NCBI GenBank assembly: GCA_002269645.1 | Contig: NIVC01001737.1 | Location: forward strand, 126,897-190,896 | Direction: 5' to 3' | Source: Macrostomum lignano | Lineage: Eukaryota | DNA length: 64,000 nt | Part shown: one piece after another, positions 1-59,691 of the stretch | Numbering within the stretch: position 1 is the first letter of the stretch | How the letters are laid out: every line of letters begins with the position of its first letter | The notes under the pieces: generated by a model | What the model was told of the DNA's origin: nothing | The model's input: only the letters and a program-made list of their open reading frames with translations | Databases searched by the model: none | Program-made: the position numbers and the translations under genes

Positions 1-269
1 CCGTCAGTCGTCATCTCTCATGCAGTCTCTATCTATCTCTGTCTGTGGCCAGCTTGTAAATGCCTTAATGCATAATGCATGCAAACAGTTATGGCCATTT
101 ATATAATATGACTAGTGCAGAGATTTTTGACGCTTTCAGTTGGCGAAATCAAATTAAAATTGATGCTCAAAACTTGGCGGCGCTGTTATTGATATTATGG
201 GAAGAAAGATGAAATTGAAAAATTTATTGAGGTTTTTAGCAGCGGTGGAATTAAGGAGTTAACGGCTTG

Positions 270-925
270 AGAGTTGTAGCGGATAGAGAAGTAGGCAGGG
301 GGAGAGTAAACAGGGGGAGAGTATAGACAGGGGAGAGAAGTAGACATAGTGAGAAGTAGACAGGGAAGAGAGTAGACATGGAGAGAGTAGACAGGGGGAG
401 CGTAGACGGGGGTGAGCGAGAAGTAGGCAGCGGAGAGAGAGGTAGACAGGGGTCAAAGGGAGAAGTAGACAGAGGGGGTAGAGAGAAAAAACAGGGGAGA
501 GAGTAGACGGGGGAGATAGAGAAGTAGACAGGGAAGAGAGTAGACATGGAGAGAGTAGACAGGGAAGAGAGTAGACATGGAGAGAGTAGACAGGGAAGAG
601 AGTAGACATGGAGAGAGTAGACAGGGGGAGCGTAGACGGGGGTGAGCGAGAAGTAGGCAGCGGAGAGAGAGGTAGACAGGGGTCAAAGGGAGAAGTAGAC
701 AGAGGGGGTAGAGAGAAAAAACAGGGGAGAGAGTAGACGGGGGAGATAGAGAAGTAGACAGGGGGTTGAGAAGTAGACAGGGGGTTGAGAAGTAGACAGG
801 GAGAGCGAGAAGTAGCTCGTAGGCAGCGGAGAGAGAGGTAGACAGGGGACAAAGTGAGAAGTAGACAGAGGGGAGAGAGAGAAATAGACAGGGGGAGAGT
901 AGACAGAGGAGATAGAGAAGTAGAC
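270..925. repeat. Degenerate purine-rich minisatellite (GAGAAGTAGACAGGGG-like)
   Basis: Repeated AGTAGACAGG core with a larger internal duplication. Confidence 0.9.
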
Positions 926-3189
926 AGCTTCAGGTAGCAATTTTCCCACAGCAGCTCTGTGTGCTTTAGAAGATTGGCAAACAAAAACAAAAACTCCAGG
1001 CCAATTGTCTCAAATTTGAAGAGGCTCTCACAGTTATATTTATCATGGATATTGATCAGTTTTCTCCATAGCCATGATGGAGAGTGAAGGAGTTCCTGCT
1101 GGTACTTGTAATTATTATTAATACTCGTAAGGATGCTGGGCAATTCGTGTGTAACACGCTTCATCCTTGAAAGAATGTCCCAAACATGGGTGGCTCTGCC
1201 CTCAAGCGATTCTCGAGCCCGTATGCATGATCTTTGTATAGAGTTTTTTTTGCATTCATTGCTTCATCATATGCAGGGGTATAGATAAATCACGGGGTAC
1301 TTGTAATACCATTGCACTGTGCCCGGATTCATCAAATATTTACGAGTTGATCCTGTAGTTATGGTTGGCACTTGTACAGAGTGAGTGGTTTCAAAGCAGA
1401 AGTTGTATACACCTGTACTCAAAAGCAACATGTTGACAACTCAGTTGGGCCCGCCTAAACCCGCATAAATGATGTGTTGCTCGGGACTTTATTTAGAATG
1501 GAGAATTGAGCTCAAGTGTCTTGAGTAATGTTGCATAGGGACTGCGGATTATAAAGTAATTCTATTTATCTATTCGAAAGGTTCTGCAACACCCAAGATG
1601 GCGCCGACTATCTGTTGCTATGCCAGATGTGCAGAGTGGTCTGTCTTGGTTCCCCACACACACAAGCTTGGGAATCTTCTAAAGGACTTGTTCTAAATTA
1701 TAATAAATCCAAACCAAACCAAAATAAGTCCAGGCCTTCAATCTGGTCCAGTTGCATAAATAGACTGTCAATTTCGAATCCTAGTAGAAATGGTTTGATT
1801 TTGTAATTAATAAGGTCCAAGCCCTCAAGGTAAATTGGAACTTCTTTATACGCTCCTGTACTATAGAGATCCATTGTCTTTTACGGTAGTAGATTTAGAC
1901 AATAGCTAGCTTAGACAAACATGTCAGATTTCGCTGACGTGTCACTTCCGGTTAGCGAGAGAGCTTGTAAAAAGGTTATAAGATTATACGATGGTGAAAT
2001 TGAGTCAGTGATCCAGATTCTCCAGGGACTGAGCATGCAACTAAACTGGCTGTATACTTGTAGTTCGCTTCTTGCGCAAACTGTATCGCCACTTTGTCAT
2101 TTTCATTTCGTCTTTCACAAACTTGAAGAAGAAGCAGAAAAAGCAGGAGAAGATTTATCCATCTAATATTTATATTGCCGCGGCCTCGGGGGAGCTCAAA
2201 CACTGCAGTGAGGCTGAGTTAAAGAGAAGGCGCCGAGAGCTAAATTAGCTTGAGTAGAAATACAACCCAACTGGGATTTCTTCCCAAAGCTAAGATAGCT
2301 AGTATAGAACAGAGAAAGATACGAAATAAAGAAGCGGTCCCGTTGTTCGGGGATTAAAATTTTCATTTTTAATAAGTTCGTGCGGAGATCCTGGCCGCCT
2401 CGTCATCAGCGAAAAGTCGCGAGGGTTGGTGCCTCTTGTTTATCTGTGTCATAAAGCTTTTGGTTCGATGATGAATAATAATAATAACAATAATAATAAT
2501 ATAGGAGGATTTCACCGCTGCAGAGCGCAGATGAGGCTGCGAGGCTGTGACCGAGACCGAAAAACCCAATCCAATTCCCCTGGCGACTGCAAAAGCGGAT
2601 GGTTGAGAGCTTCATCTGCAGGTTCTCTCTCAGCCTCCCTCCCATCTCCCCTCTCCCTTCGACTCTGAATAATTGATTTCATTCCCCATATCTGTCCCGT
2701 TTGTTGCTTTTTGAAGCAAAGCAGAAAGAGAAAAAGAAAGAGATGGAGATGGAGAGAGAGAGTTGGATGGGTGAGCAGTGGATCAGGCTTGACTTCAGAG
2801 CGGTCCGCGCGATGGTCACGGGACGCTGACTGCTGATTGGGAAGTCAGGGGAGAAACTTTCAACAAGAATTGAAGAGGGGGGGGATGGGGGGGGACCAGC
2901 GGCGATGGCCGGCCGCTGCGCCTGAGGAGCTGAAGCATTCTGTGCTGGCTTGGAGAAAAATAAATGAAAACTGGAAAGATCTCCCTGCCTCTTCTTGGGC
3001 TGAAACGAAAATTTCCCAAGAGAGACGGAAATGGAAAAGAGGAAAATTTAAGGGTGAAAAAAGGCAAAAGCAAAAGTTCAAGTTAAAAAAAAATTGTGCG
3101 AGGGCGGGTAAAAACGAAGGATATTTCGGATTCGAAGGGTTTTTTCAGAGTTGGTTTTAACAGCGGTTGTAAAATCTTCTTTAAATAAC

Positions 3190-4325
3190 TCATGGACTCT
3201 CACACCATGACTCTCAGACTTTTCCACGGACTGTGTCACAGACTCTCGCGAAGACTATTCCATAGAATCTCCCCGTAGAATCACACAAAGAATTTCACAC
3301 AGACTCTCATAAAGTCTCTCACAAAGAATCTCACACAGACTACTTTCACAAAGAATCTAAAAGAATCCCACACAGATTTTCACACAGGATCTCATAAAGA
3401 CTCTCACACAGTATCTCATACAGACTCTCACACAGACTCTCATAAAGACTCTCATAAAGACTCTCACACAGTATCTCATACAGACTCTCACACAGACTCT
3501 CACAAAGACTCTCATAAAGACTCTCACACAGACTCTCACACAGACTCTCATACAGACTCTCACACAGACTCTCATAAAGACTCTCACACAAGATATCTCA
3601 CACAGACTCTCATAAAGACTCTCACACAAGATATCTCACACAGACTCTCATAAAGACTCTTACGCAGGATCTCATAAAGACTCTCATAAAGACTCTCACA
3701 CAGGATCTCATAAAGACTCGCACAAAGAATCTCACACAGACTCTCATAAAGACTCTTACACAGGATCTCATAAAGACTCTCATAAAGACTCTCACACAGG
3801 ATCTCATAAAGACTCTCACACAGGATCTCATAAAGACTCGCACAAAGAATCTAAAAGAATCCCACACAGATTTTCACACAGGATCTCATAAAGACTCTCA
3901 CACAGACTCTCATACAGACTCTCACACAGACTCTCACACAGACTCTCATACAGACTCTCACACAGACTCTCATAAAGACTCTCACACAAGATATCTCACA
4001 CAGACTCTCATAAAGACTCTCACACAAGATATCTCCCACAGACTCTCATAAAGACTCTTACACAGGATCTCATAAAGACTCTCATAAAGACTCTCACACA
4101 GGATCTCATAAAGACTCGCACAAAGAATCTCACACAGACTCTCATAAAGACTCTCACACAGGATCTCATAAAGACTCGCACAAAGAATCTCACACAGACT
4201 CTCATAAAGACTCTCACACAGGATCTCATAAAGACTCGCACAAAGAATCTCACACAGACTCTCATAAAGACTCTCACACAGGATCTCATAAAGACTCGCA
4301 CAAAGAATCTCACACAGACTTTCAT
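3190..4325. repeat. 12-bp minisatellite (CTCTCACACAGA/CTCTCATAAAGA)
   Basis: Direct inspection. Confidence 0.95.
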
Positions 4326-5063
4326 GATACTTTCTCCCATTGTTTTATCCTACTCGCTCATTTATATATATCCCATCTTTGTTCGATTAATTAGTTGACA
4401 AGTCTTTGTTGAAAGCGGCAAAACGGGGGGGGGTGGGTCACCACTACCGCCCAAACGTTTTTCATCATTAAATTTTTGTAAAATTTTGACTATATAAATA
4501 GCAAGAGATGATTTTGTTGTCAAGGCTGGGACAGAGTATAATAGTTTTCGGCATATGGGGGTCAATTATCAGTGTATTATAATTTGCATTGAGCTGAGCA
4601 ACAAGGCGCAACTGTCTCTGCGCCAGCAGCGCACACTCGACAGGCGGACTGAAGAGAGTAATTAGCACCCAATTGAGTTTGGTTTCGGGCTCAAAATTTT
4701 CTCAACCTCTCTCGGTAGGAAACCAAACACCAGGCAGTGCCCGCCGCTATGAGGCGCGCGCCAATTAGGAGCCAATTCAATTATTTAAATATCCGAATGA
4801 GACTTTTAATTGCGCAAGAAATTCGGTAAGAAAGAAGAGATAGATCGGCGAGGGCGGGACAGAGAGAGCGAAGGTGCTGGCAAATTCAATTTATGTGTAT
4901 ATATAGAAGTTAAGTGGCCTAATAATGTGCTATTTGACCCCGCCGGTGCCGCGTCACCTGGCTGGCAGTAGCAGGAACACAACACCTCATCGATTGAGAG
5001 CCAACTCATATTCTGCCTCATGCCGAATAGGTCTTTGTGGTTGCATATTCGTTTCTTTATCCA

Positions 5064-6450
5064 ACTCAGTCTCTTATCTCCCTCAATCTCTTATCTCCCT
5101 CAGTCTCTTATCTCCTTTAGTCTCTTATCTCCATCAGTCTCTTATCTCCCTCAGTCTCTTATCTCCCTCAGTCTCTTATCTCCCTCAGTCTCTTATCTCC
5201 CTCAATCTCTTATCTCCATCAGTCTCTTATCTCCCTCAATCTCTTATCTCCCTCAGTCTCTTATCTCCCTCAGTCTCTTATCTCTCTCAGTCTCTTATCT
5301 CCCTCAGTCTCTTATCTCCTTTAGTCTCTTATCTTCCTCAGTCTCTTATCTCTCTCAGTCTCTTATCTCCCTCAGTCTCTTATCTCTCTCAGTCTCTATC
5401 TCCCTCAGTCTCTTATCTCCTTTAGTCTCTTATCTTCCTCAGTCTCTTATCTCTCTCAGTCTCTTATCTCCCTCAGTCTCTTATCTCTCTCAGTCTCTAT
5501 CTCCCTCAGTCTCTTATCTCCTTTAGTCTCTTATCTTCCTCAGTCTCTTATCTCTCTCAGTCTCTTATCTCCCTCAGTCTCTTATCTCTCTCAGTCTCTA
5601 TCTCCCTCAGTCTCTTATCTCCTTTAGTCTCTTATCTTCCTCAGTCTCTTATCTCTCTCAGTCTCTTATCTCCCTCAGTCTCTTATCTCTCTCAGTCTCT
5701 ATCTCCCTCAGTCTCTTATCTCCTTTAGTCTCTTATCTCCCTCAATCTCTTATCTCCCTCAGTCTTTTATCTCCCTCAGTCTCTTATCTCCCTCAATCTC
5801 TTATCTCCATCAGTCTCTTATCTCCCTCAATCTCTTATCTCCCTCAGTCTCTTATCTCCCTCAGTCTCTTATCTCTCTCAGTCTCTATCTCCCTCAGTCT
5901 CTTATCTCCTTTAGTCTCTTATCTTCCTCAGTCTCTTATCTCTCTCAGTCTCTTATCTCCCTCAGTCTCTTATCTCTCTCAGTCTCTATCTCCCTCAGTC
6001 TCTTATCTCCTTTAGTCTCTTATCTTCCTCAGTCTCTTATCTTCCTCAGTCTCTTATCTTCCTCAGTCTCTTATCTCCTTCAGTCTCTTATCTCCCTCAG
6101 TCTCTTATCTCTCTCAGTCTCTTATCTCCCTCAGTCTCTTATCTCCCTCAATCTCTTATCTCCATCAGTCTCTTATCTCCATCAGTCTCTTATCTCCCTC
6201 AGTCTCTTATCTCTCTCAGTCTCTTATCTCCCTCAGTCTCTTATCTCCCTCAGTCTCTTATCTCCCTCAGTCTCTTATCTCCCTCAATCTCTTATCTCCC
6301 TCAGTCTCTTATCTCCATCAGTCTCTTATCTCCCTCAGTCTCTTATCTCCCTCAGTCTCTTATCTCCCTCAGTCTCTTATCTCCCTCAGTCTCTTATCTC
6401 CCTCAGTCTCTTATCTCCCTCAGTCTCTTATCTCCTTCAGTCTCTCATCT
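5064..6450. repeat. 17-bp minisatellite (CTCAGTCTCTTATCTCC)
   Basis: Direct inspection, about 80 copies. Confidence 0.97.
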
Positions 6451-7074
6451 CATTTCTCACTCACCAGTCACTATCATCTCTGTTTTACTCTTTGCAGATT
6501 CAATTCAATTTCGCATATTCCTGCCTACTACCAGCCCAGACTAACGTGGCTATAGAAAATGAAATTAATAAACTGTGTAAAATTTTCAGCATGCGGGTTC
6601 GGTATTAATAAAAAACGCCACAATTAAAAGGCGTGTTAACTCTCACGTATTGGTTTAAGCATTCGCCGCCACCGTAAAACAGCGCTTCAGCCTCATCTGA
6701 AGTTGTATATTCTATAGATGAATATAATATTGCATATCTCTGGGTTGGATAGAATTGCCAGATCTGTTTCAATATCCCACTGTGTGCGGTTTAATCTGCC
6801 TAATGGTCACACAGGTTGGAGCTGGGAAGTGTTTTATATAATGTGTGTGTATAGGGTTCAGCTCCTGATTACACAACCTGTATGCAGCCGCCCCTCGACC
6901 TGCCCACAAGTGCCTCGCTTGTCGTCTTGAATTGAAACGCAGGAGAAAAAAATTGATTAACCGTTTCGGCTCTCGATGCAGAATTGAATTTATTGCGTGA
7001 CTGTAATGTGTGTGGCAAGTGTGTGTTTTGTGTGTCGTGTGTGTTTTATGTGTGTTTTTGTGTTTTATGTGCGT

Positions 7075-8320
7075 TTATGTGCGATAGTGTTATGTGTGAT
7101 AGTGTTATATGTGATAGTGTTATGTGTGATAGTGTTATGTGTGATAGTGTTATGCGCAATAGTGTTATGTGTGATAGTGTTATGTGCGAGTGTTATGTGT
7201 GATAGTGTTATGTGTGAGTGTTATGCGCAATAGTGTTATGTGTGATAGTGTTATGCTTGAGTGTTATGTGTGATAGTGTTATGTGCGAGTGTTATGTGTG
7301 ATAGTGTTATGTGCGAGTGTTATGTGTGATAGTGTTATGTGCGATAGTGTTATGTGTGATAGTGTTATATGTGATAGTGTTATGTGTGATAGTGTTATGT
7401 GTGATAGTGTTATGCGCAATAGTGTTATGTGTGATAGTGTTATGTGCGAGTGTTATGTGTGATAGTGTTATGTGTGAGTGTTATGCGCAATAGTGTTATG
7501 TGTGATAGTGTTATGCTTGAGTGTTATGTGTGATAGTGTTATGTGCGAGTGTTATGTGTGATAGTGTTATGTGCGAGTGTTATGTGTGATAGTGTTATGT
7601 GCGATAGTGTTATGTGTGATAGTGTTATATGTGATAGTGTTATGTGTGATAGTGTTATGTGTGATAGTGTTATGCGCAATAGTGTTATGTGTGATAGTGT
7701 AATGTGCGATAGTGTTATGTGTGATAGTGTTATGTGTGATAGTGTTATGTGTGATAGTGTTATGTGTGATAGTGCTATGTGCGAGTGTTATGTGTGATAG
7801 TGTTATGTGCGAGTGTTATGTGTGATAGTGTTATGTGCGATAGTGTTATGTGTGATAGTGTTATGCTTGAGTGTTATGTGTGATAGTGCTATGTGCGAGT
7901 GTTATGTGTGATAGTGTTATGTGCGAGTGTTATGTGTGATAGTGTTATGTGCGAGTGTTATGTGTGATAGTGTTATGTGTGATAGTGTTATGCTTGAGTG
8001 TTATGTGTGATAGTGTTATGCTTGAGTGTTATGTGCAATAGTGTTATGTGTGATAGTGTTATGTGCGAGTGTTATGCGCAATAGTGTTATGTGTGATAGT
8101 GTTATGCTTGAGTGTTATGTGTGATAGTGTTATGTGCGATAGTGTTATGTGTGATAGTGTTATATGTGATAGTGTTATGTGTGATAGTGTTATGTGTGAT
8201 AGTGTTATGCGCAATAGTGTTATGTGTGATAGTGTTATGTGCGAGTGTTATGTGTGATAGTGTTATGTGTGGTAGTGTTATGCTTGAGTGTTATGTGTGA
8301 TAGTGTTATGTGCGAGTGTT
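7075..8320. repeat. 13/15-bp minisatellite (GATAGTGTTATGTGT)
   Basis: Direct inspection. Confidence 0.97.
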
Positions 8321-8490
8321 ATGCATGTTTGTTGTGTGCGTCAGTCTTGCTTCACTGACGATGGCAATTGTTTTACTCAACTCTGTACTCTGTATTCTTA
8401 CTCAACTCTTTACTTAGCTCTGGATTTGAGATTTGAATATGATATTGCCTATTCACTACCGAGTAATGCAACACCCTGACTTCATTGCAG

Positions 8491-28460
<19,970 letters not shown>

Positions 28461-28464
<4 letters not shown>

Positions 28465-28474
28465 CCATGGCAAC
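28461..28474 (+). promoter_or_regulatory. RFX X-box match overlapping the coe stop codon
   Basis: GTAACCATGGCAAC; motif match only. Confidence 0.35.
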
Positions 28475-28833
28475 CACGGACCATGCCAACATCATCTCCA
28501 GCTCGCGCCCGACTCATATCACACTGTCTCCGTTTGTTATAATGTAAAACAAAAATTGTTTGTCCCGCGCTTAATTTGATTAAATTTCGTTTGTCCTTTG
28601 TAAACTAAAGTTAATCTGCTCTGTAAATTTCTAATTGCTGTAATTCATCTCTTTTTTTCTAGTAGTGCGGCTTCTAATTACAGTAGAAAAAGTACATTTT
28701 ACAAAGTACATCAGCTGTCGTTTGCTTATTTATTTTAGTGCTAATTATCCAATTCTGCTGTCTGTTTCCGTTGTCACCAGGTTTTTGATGCTTGTCTTTG
28801 TCTTTGTAAGGGAATTGTGTTATATTTTAAAAG

Positions 28834-28839
28834 AATAAA
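28834..28839 (+). terminator. Candidate coe polyadenylation signal
   Basis: AATAAA about 370 nt after the stop, in AT-rich UTR-like sequence. Confidence 0.35.
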
Positions 28840-29042
28840 TCTATTGTACTTTAACGGTATCGAAAAAATGTATAAATAATCCCTCAAATCTATCTGCTTG
28901 TAAGACCTACTTTTGACGGGTTTTTGCTTATTTAATTTTACTGAACTCTGACAATAAATAGTCCTTGTCTAGTAAATATGAAAACTTACTTAGCATGACT
29001 GGAATCTCCGCTGAAGAGTGAATTACGAAACAATAATTTGGG

Positions 29043-29890
29043 AAGTAGGAAAACCCGGAAGTGAAGAAACAAAGACCTGGAAGTGAAGAAACAAAGATCC
29101 GGAAGTGAAGAAACAAAGACCTGGAAGTGAAGAAACAAAGATTTGGAAGTGAAGAAACAAAGATCCGGAAGTGAAGAAACAAAGACCTGGAAGTGAAGAA
29201 ACAAAGATTTGGAAGTGAAGAAACAAAGATCCGGAAGTGAAGAAACAAAGACCTGGAAGTGAAGAAACAAAGATTTGGAAGTGAAGAAACAAAGATCCGG
29301 AAGTGAAGAAACAAAGACCTGGAAGTGAAGAAACAAAGATCCGGAAGTGAAGAAACAAAGACCTGGAAGTGAAGAAACAAAGACCTGGAAGTGAAGAAAC
29401 AAAGACCTGGAAGTGAAGAAACAAAGATCCGGAAGTGAAGAAACAAAGACCTGGAAGTGAAGAAACAAAGATCCGGAAGTGAAGAAACAAAGACCTGGAA
29501 GTGAAGAAACAAAGACCTGGAAGTGAAGAAACAAAGACCTGGAAATGAAGAAACAAAGACCTCGAAATGAAGAAACAAAGACCCCGGAGTGAAGGAGCAA
29601 AGACCCAAAAAAGAAGGCACCAAGACTCGGAAGTGAAGGAACAAAGATCGGAAAGTGAAAGAACAAAGACCTCGAAGTGAAGGAACAAATACCTGAAAGT
29701 GAAGAAACAAAGACTTGGAAGTGAAGAAACAAAGACCTGGAAGTGAAGAAACAAAGATCCGGAAGTGAAGAAACAAAGACCTGGAAGTGAAGAAACAAAG
29801 ACCTGGAAGTGAAGGAGCAAAGAACCGAAAGTGAAGGAACAGAGACCCGGAAGTGAAAAAGCAAAGACCTAAAAGTGAAGGAACAAAGAC
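29043..29890. repeat. 22-bp minisatellite (GGAAGTGAAGAAACAAAGACCT)
   Basis: Intergenic, about 38 copies. Confidence 0.96.
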
Positions 29891-30248
29891 ATGGATGCAG
29901 AGGAACTTTGATCTATCAAGAAGAGGTAATAAAGACCATGATAACTTGATGTATGGAATAACTGATCAACTGAAAAAGCTCATTCAAAAAACTTATCAAA
30001 GGCAAAAAAAATTCTACAGGAGTTGTACAAAAGCATCTCAAAGCTAAGGCTAGCGCAAGTGATCTCATTGCCATGCACTCAATGCATGCTAGACGTGATT
30101 AGTGTGTACTTTGTGACAAAAAAGTACTAATTGTTCCCCACAATAGATAAAACTGATATTTCTAACAATACTCTGTTCTGCTTTTAGTAAGATAAGCAAA
30201 ATACATATAGAAAGAGATTAGCAAAAGAAGATCTTTACAATAAAGCTG

Positions 30249-30254
30249 TTTATT
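30249..30254 (-). terminator. Candidate PDE polyadenylation signal
   Basis: First canonical AATAAA I found downstream of the PDE stop on the minus strand. Confidence 0.25.
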
Positions 30255-30554
30255 GGCTTAATAGTATCAATCTATAATTAGCAAAATCACAATCGAATGT
30301 GCAAAACAGAGTTTCAAAAATATTTTTTGTCAATTTTCAAATCGTTTATATTGATAGCTTTACAAGGGTGAAAATACTGGTATTTTTTACTTTTTTGAAA
30401 AATGGTGTTTTGAGATATGCCTGAAATGGAACAAAGAATATGTTTCACAAGCACATGCATGTTTCTTGAAGGCTGTGGTTTGTTTCAGACCAGAGAAAAA
30501 CTATTCAATGGATGTATAAAGTCTTGGCTGCATCATAGCACACAGCTGTGTCGG

Positions 30555-33500
30555 ATCTATAGTTCTATAGTGTCATATCTATACTCATAGCTGTATCATA
30601 TCTATACTCATAGCTGTATCATATCTATACTCATAGTTGTATCATATCTATACTCATAGCTGTGTCATATCTATACTCATAGCTGTGTCATATCTATACT
30701 CATAGTTGTATCATATCTATACTCATAGCTGTGTCATATCTATACTCATAGCTGTGTCATATCTATACTCATAGCTGTGTCATATCTATACTCATAGCTG
30801 TGTCATATCTATACTCATAGCTGTGTCATATCTATACTCATAGCTGTGTCATATCTATACTCATAGCTGTGTCATATCTATACTCATAGTTGTATCATAT
30901 CTATACTCATAGCTGTGTCATATCTATACTCATAGCTGTGTCATATCTATACTCATAGCTGTGTCATATCTATACTCATAGCTGTGTCATATCTATACTC
31001 ATAGCTGTGTCATATCTATACTCATAGCTGTGTCATATCTATACTCATAGCTGTGTCATATCTATACTTATAGCTGTGTCATATCTATACTCATAGCTGT
31101 GTCATATCTATACTCACAGCTGTGCCATATCTATACTCACAGCTGTGCCATATCTATACTCATAGCTGTGTCATATCTATACTCATAGCTGTGTCATATC
31201 TATACTCACAGCTGTGTCATATCTATACTCATAGCTGTGTCATATCTATACTCATAGCTGTGTCATATCTATACTTATAGCTGTGTCATATCTATACTCA
31301 TAGCTGTGTCATATCTATACTCACAGCTGTGCCATATCTATACTCACAGCTGTGCCATATCTATACTCATAGCTGTGTCATATCTATACTCATAGCTGTG
31401 TCATATCTATACTCACAGCTGTGTCATATCTATACTCATAGCTGTGTCATATCTATACTCATAGCTGTGTCATATCTATACTCATAGCTGTGTCATATCT
31501 ATACTCATAGCTGTGTCATATCTATACTGATAGCTGTGTCATATCTATACTCATAGCTGTGTCATATCTATACTCATAGCTGTGTCATATCTATACTCAT
31601 AGCTGTGTCATATCTATACTCATAGCTGTGTCATATCTCTATACTCATAGCTGTGTCATATCTATACTTATAGCTGTGTCATATCTATACTCATAGCTGT
31701 GCCATATCTATACTCATAGCTGTGTCATATCTATACTCATAGCTGTGTCATATCTATACTTATAGCTGTGTCATATCTATACTCAAAACTGTGACAAATC
31801 TATACTCACAGCTGTGCCATATCTATACTCATAGCTGTGTCATATCTATACTCATAGCTGTGTCATATCTATACTCACAGCTGTGTCATATCTATACTGA
31901 TAGCTGTGTCATATCTATACTCATAGCTGTGTCATATCTATACTCATAGCTGTGTCATATCTCTATACTCATAGCTGTGTCATATCTATACTCATAGCTG
32001 TGTCATATCTATACTCACAGCTGTGTCATATCTATACTCATAGCTGTGTCATATCTATACTCATAGCTGTGTCATATCTATACTTATAGCTGTGTCATAT
32101 CTATACTCAAAACTGTGACAAATCTATACTCATAGCTGTGCCATATCTATACTCACAGCTGTGCCATATCTATACTCATAGCTGTGTCATATCTATACTC
32201 ATAGCTGTGTCATATCTATACTCACAGCTGTGTCATATCTATACTCATAGCTGTGTCATATCTATACTCATAGCTGTGTCATATCTATACTCATAGCTGT
32301 GTCATATCTATACTCATAGCTGTGTCATATCTATACTGATAGCTGTGTCATATCTATACTCATAGCTGTGTCATATCTATACTCATAGCTGTGTCATATC
32401 TATACTCATAGCTGTGTCATATCTATACTCATAGCTGTGTCATATCTCTATACTCATAGCTGTGTCATATCTATACTTATAGCTGTGTCATATCTATACT
32501 CATAGCTGTGCCATATCTATACTCATAGCTGTGTCATATCTATACTCATAGCTGTGTCATATCTATACTTATAGCTGTGTCATATCTATACTCAAAACTG
32601 TGACAAATCTATACTCACAGCTGTGCCATATCTATACTCATAGCTGTGTCATATCTATACTCATAGCTGTGTCATATCTATACTCACAGCTGTGTCATAT
32701 CTATACTGATAGCTGTGTCATATCTATACTCATAGCTGTGTCATATCTATACTCATAGCTGTGTCATATCTCTATACTCATAGCTGTGTCATATCTATAC
32801 TCATAGCTGTGTCATATCTATACTCACAGCTGTGTCATATCTATACTCATAGCTGTGTCATATCTATACTCATAGCTGTGTCATATCTATACTCATAGCT
32901 GTGTCATATCTATACTCATAGCTGTGTCATATCTCTATACTCATAGCTGTGTCATATCTATACTCATAGCTGTGTCATATCTATACTCACAGCTGTGTCA
33001 TATCTATACTCACAGCTGTGTCATATCTATACTCATAGCTGTGTCATATCTATACTCACAGCTGTGTCATATCTATACTCATAGCTGTGTCATATCTATA
33101 CTCATAGCTGTGTCATATCTATACTCAGCTGTGTCATATCTATACTCATAGCTGTGTCATATCTATACTCATAGCTGTGTCATATCTATACTCATAGCTG
33201 TGTCATATCTATACTCATAGCTGCGTCATATCTATACTCATAGCTGTGTCATATCTATACTCATAGCTGTGTCATATCTATACTCATAGCTGTGTCATAT
33301 CTATACTCATAGCTGTGTCATATCTATACTCATAGCTGTGTCATATCTATACTCATAGCTGTGTCATATCTATACTCATAGCTGTGTCATATCTATACTC
33401 ATAGCTGTGTCATATCTATACTCATAGCTGTGTCATATCTATACTCATAGCTGTGTCATATCTATACTCAGCTGTGTCATATCTATACTCATAGCTGTGT

Positions 33501-33595
33501 CATATCTATACTCATAGCTGTGTCATATCTGTACTCATAGCTGTGTCATATCTATACTCATAGCTGCGTCATATCTATACTCATAGCTGTCGTAT
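30555..33595. repeat. 23-bp minisatellite (ATATCTATACTCATAGCTGTGTC), about 130 copies
   Basis: Begins about 38 nt beyond the PDE stop codon. Confidence 0.98.
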
Positions 33596-33632
33596 ATCTT
33601 CTAGGATTCAACATAAATAAGAATTTCATTTT

Positions 33633-59610
<25,978 letters not shown>

Positions 59611-59691
59611 CTGGAATGTTGTTGGGGATTTAGAAAATGGAGTGTTGCATGAACTCTTGATGCCTATTTGTGACTGGGGTTTTAATCACGG

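Noticed and set aside
940-1560. Non-repetitive minus-strand reading (GRATHVWDILSRMKRVTHELPSIL...) as a nested gene or transposase remnant
   Set aside because: Stops occur in all frames upstream, there is no recognisable domain and I found no consistent splice model. A blastx would settle it.
1921-3160. Short ORFs as the missing COE N-terminal exons
   Set aside because: None contains RAHFEKQPP, KSNFFHF or NNGIHY-like motifs; those exons are presumably upstream of the window.
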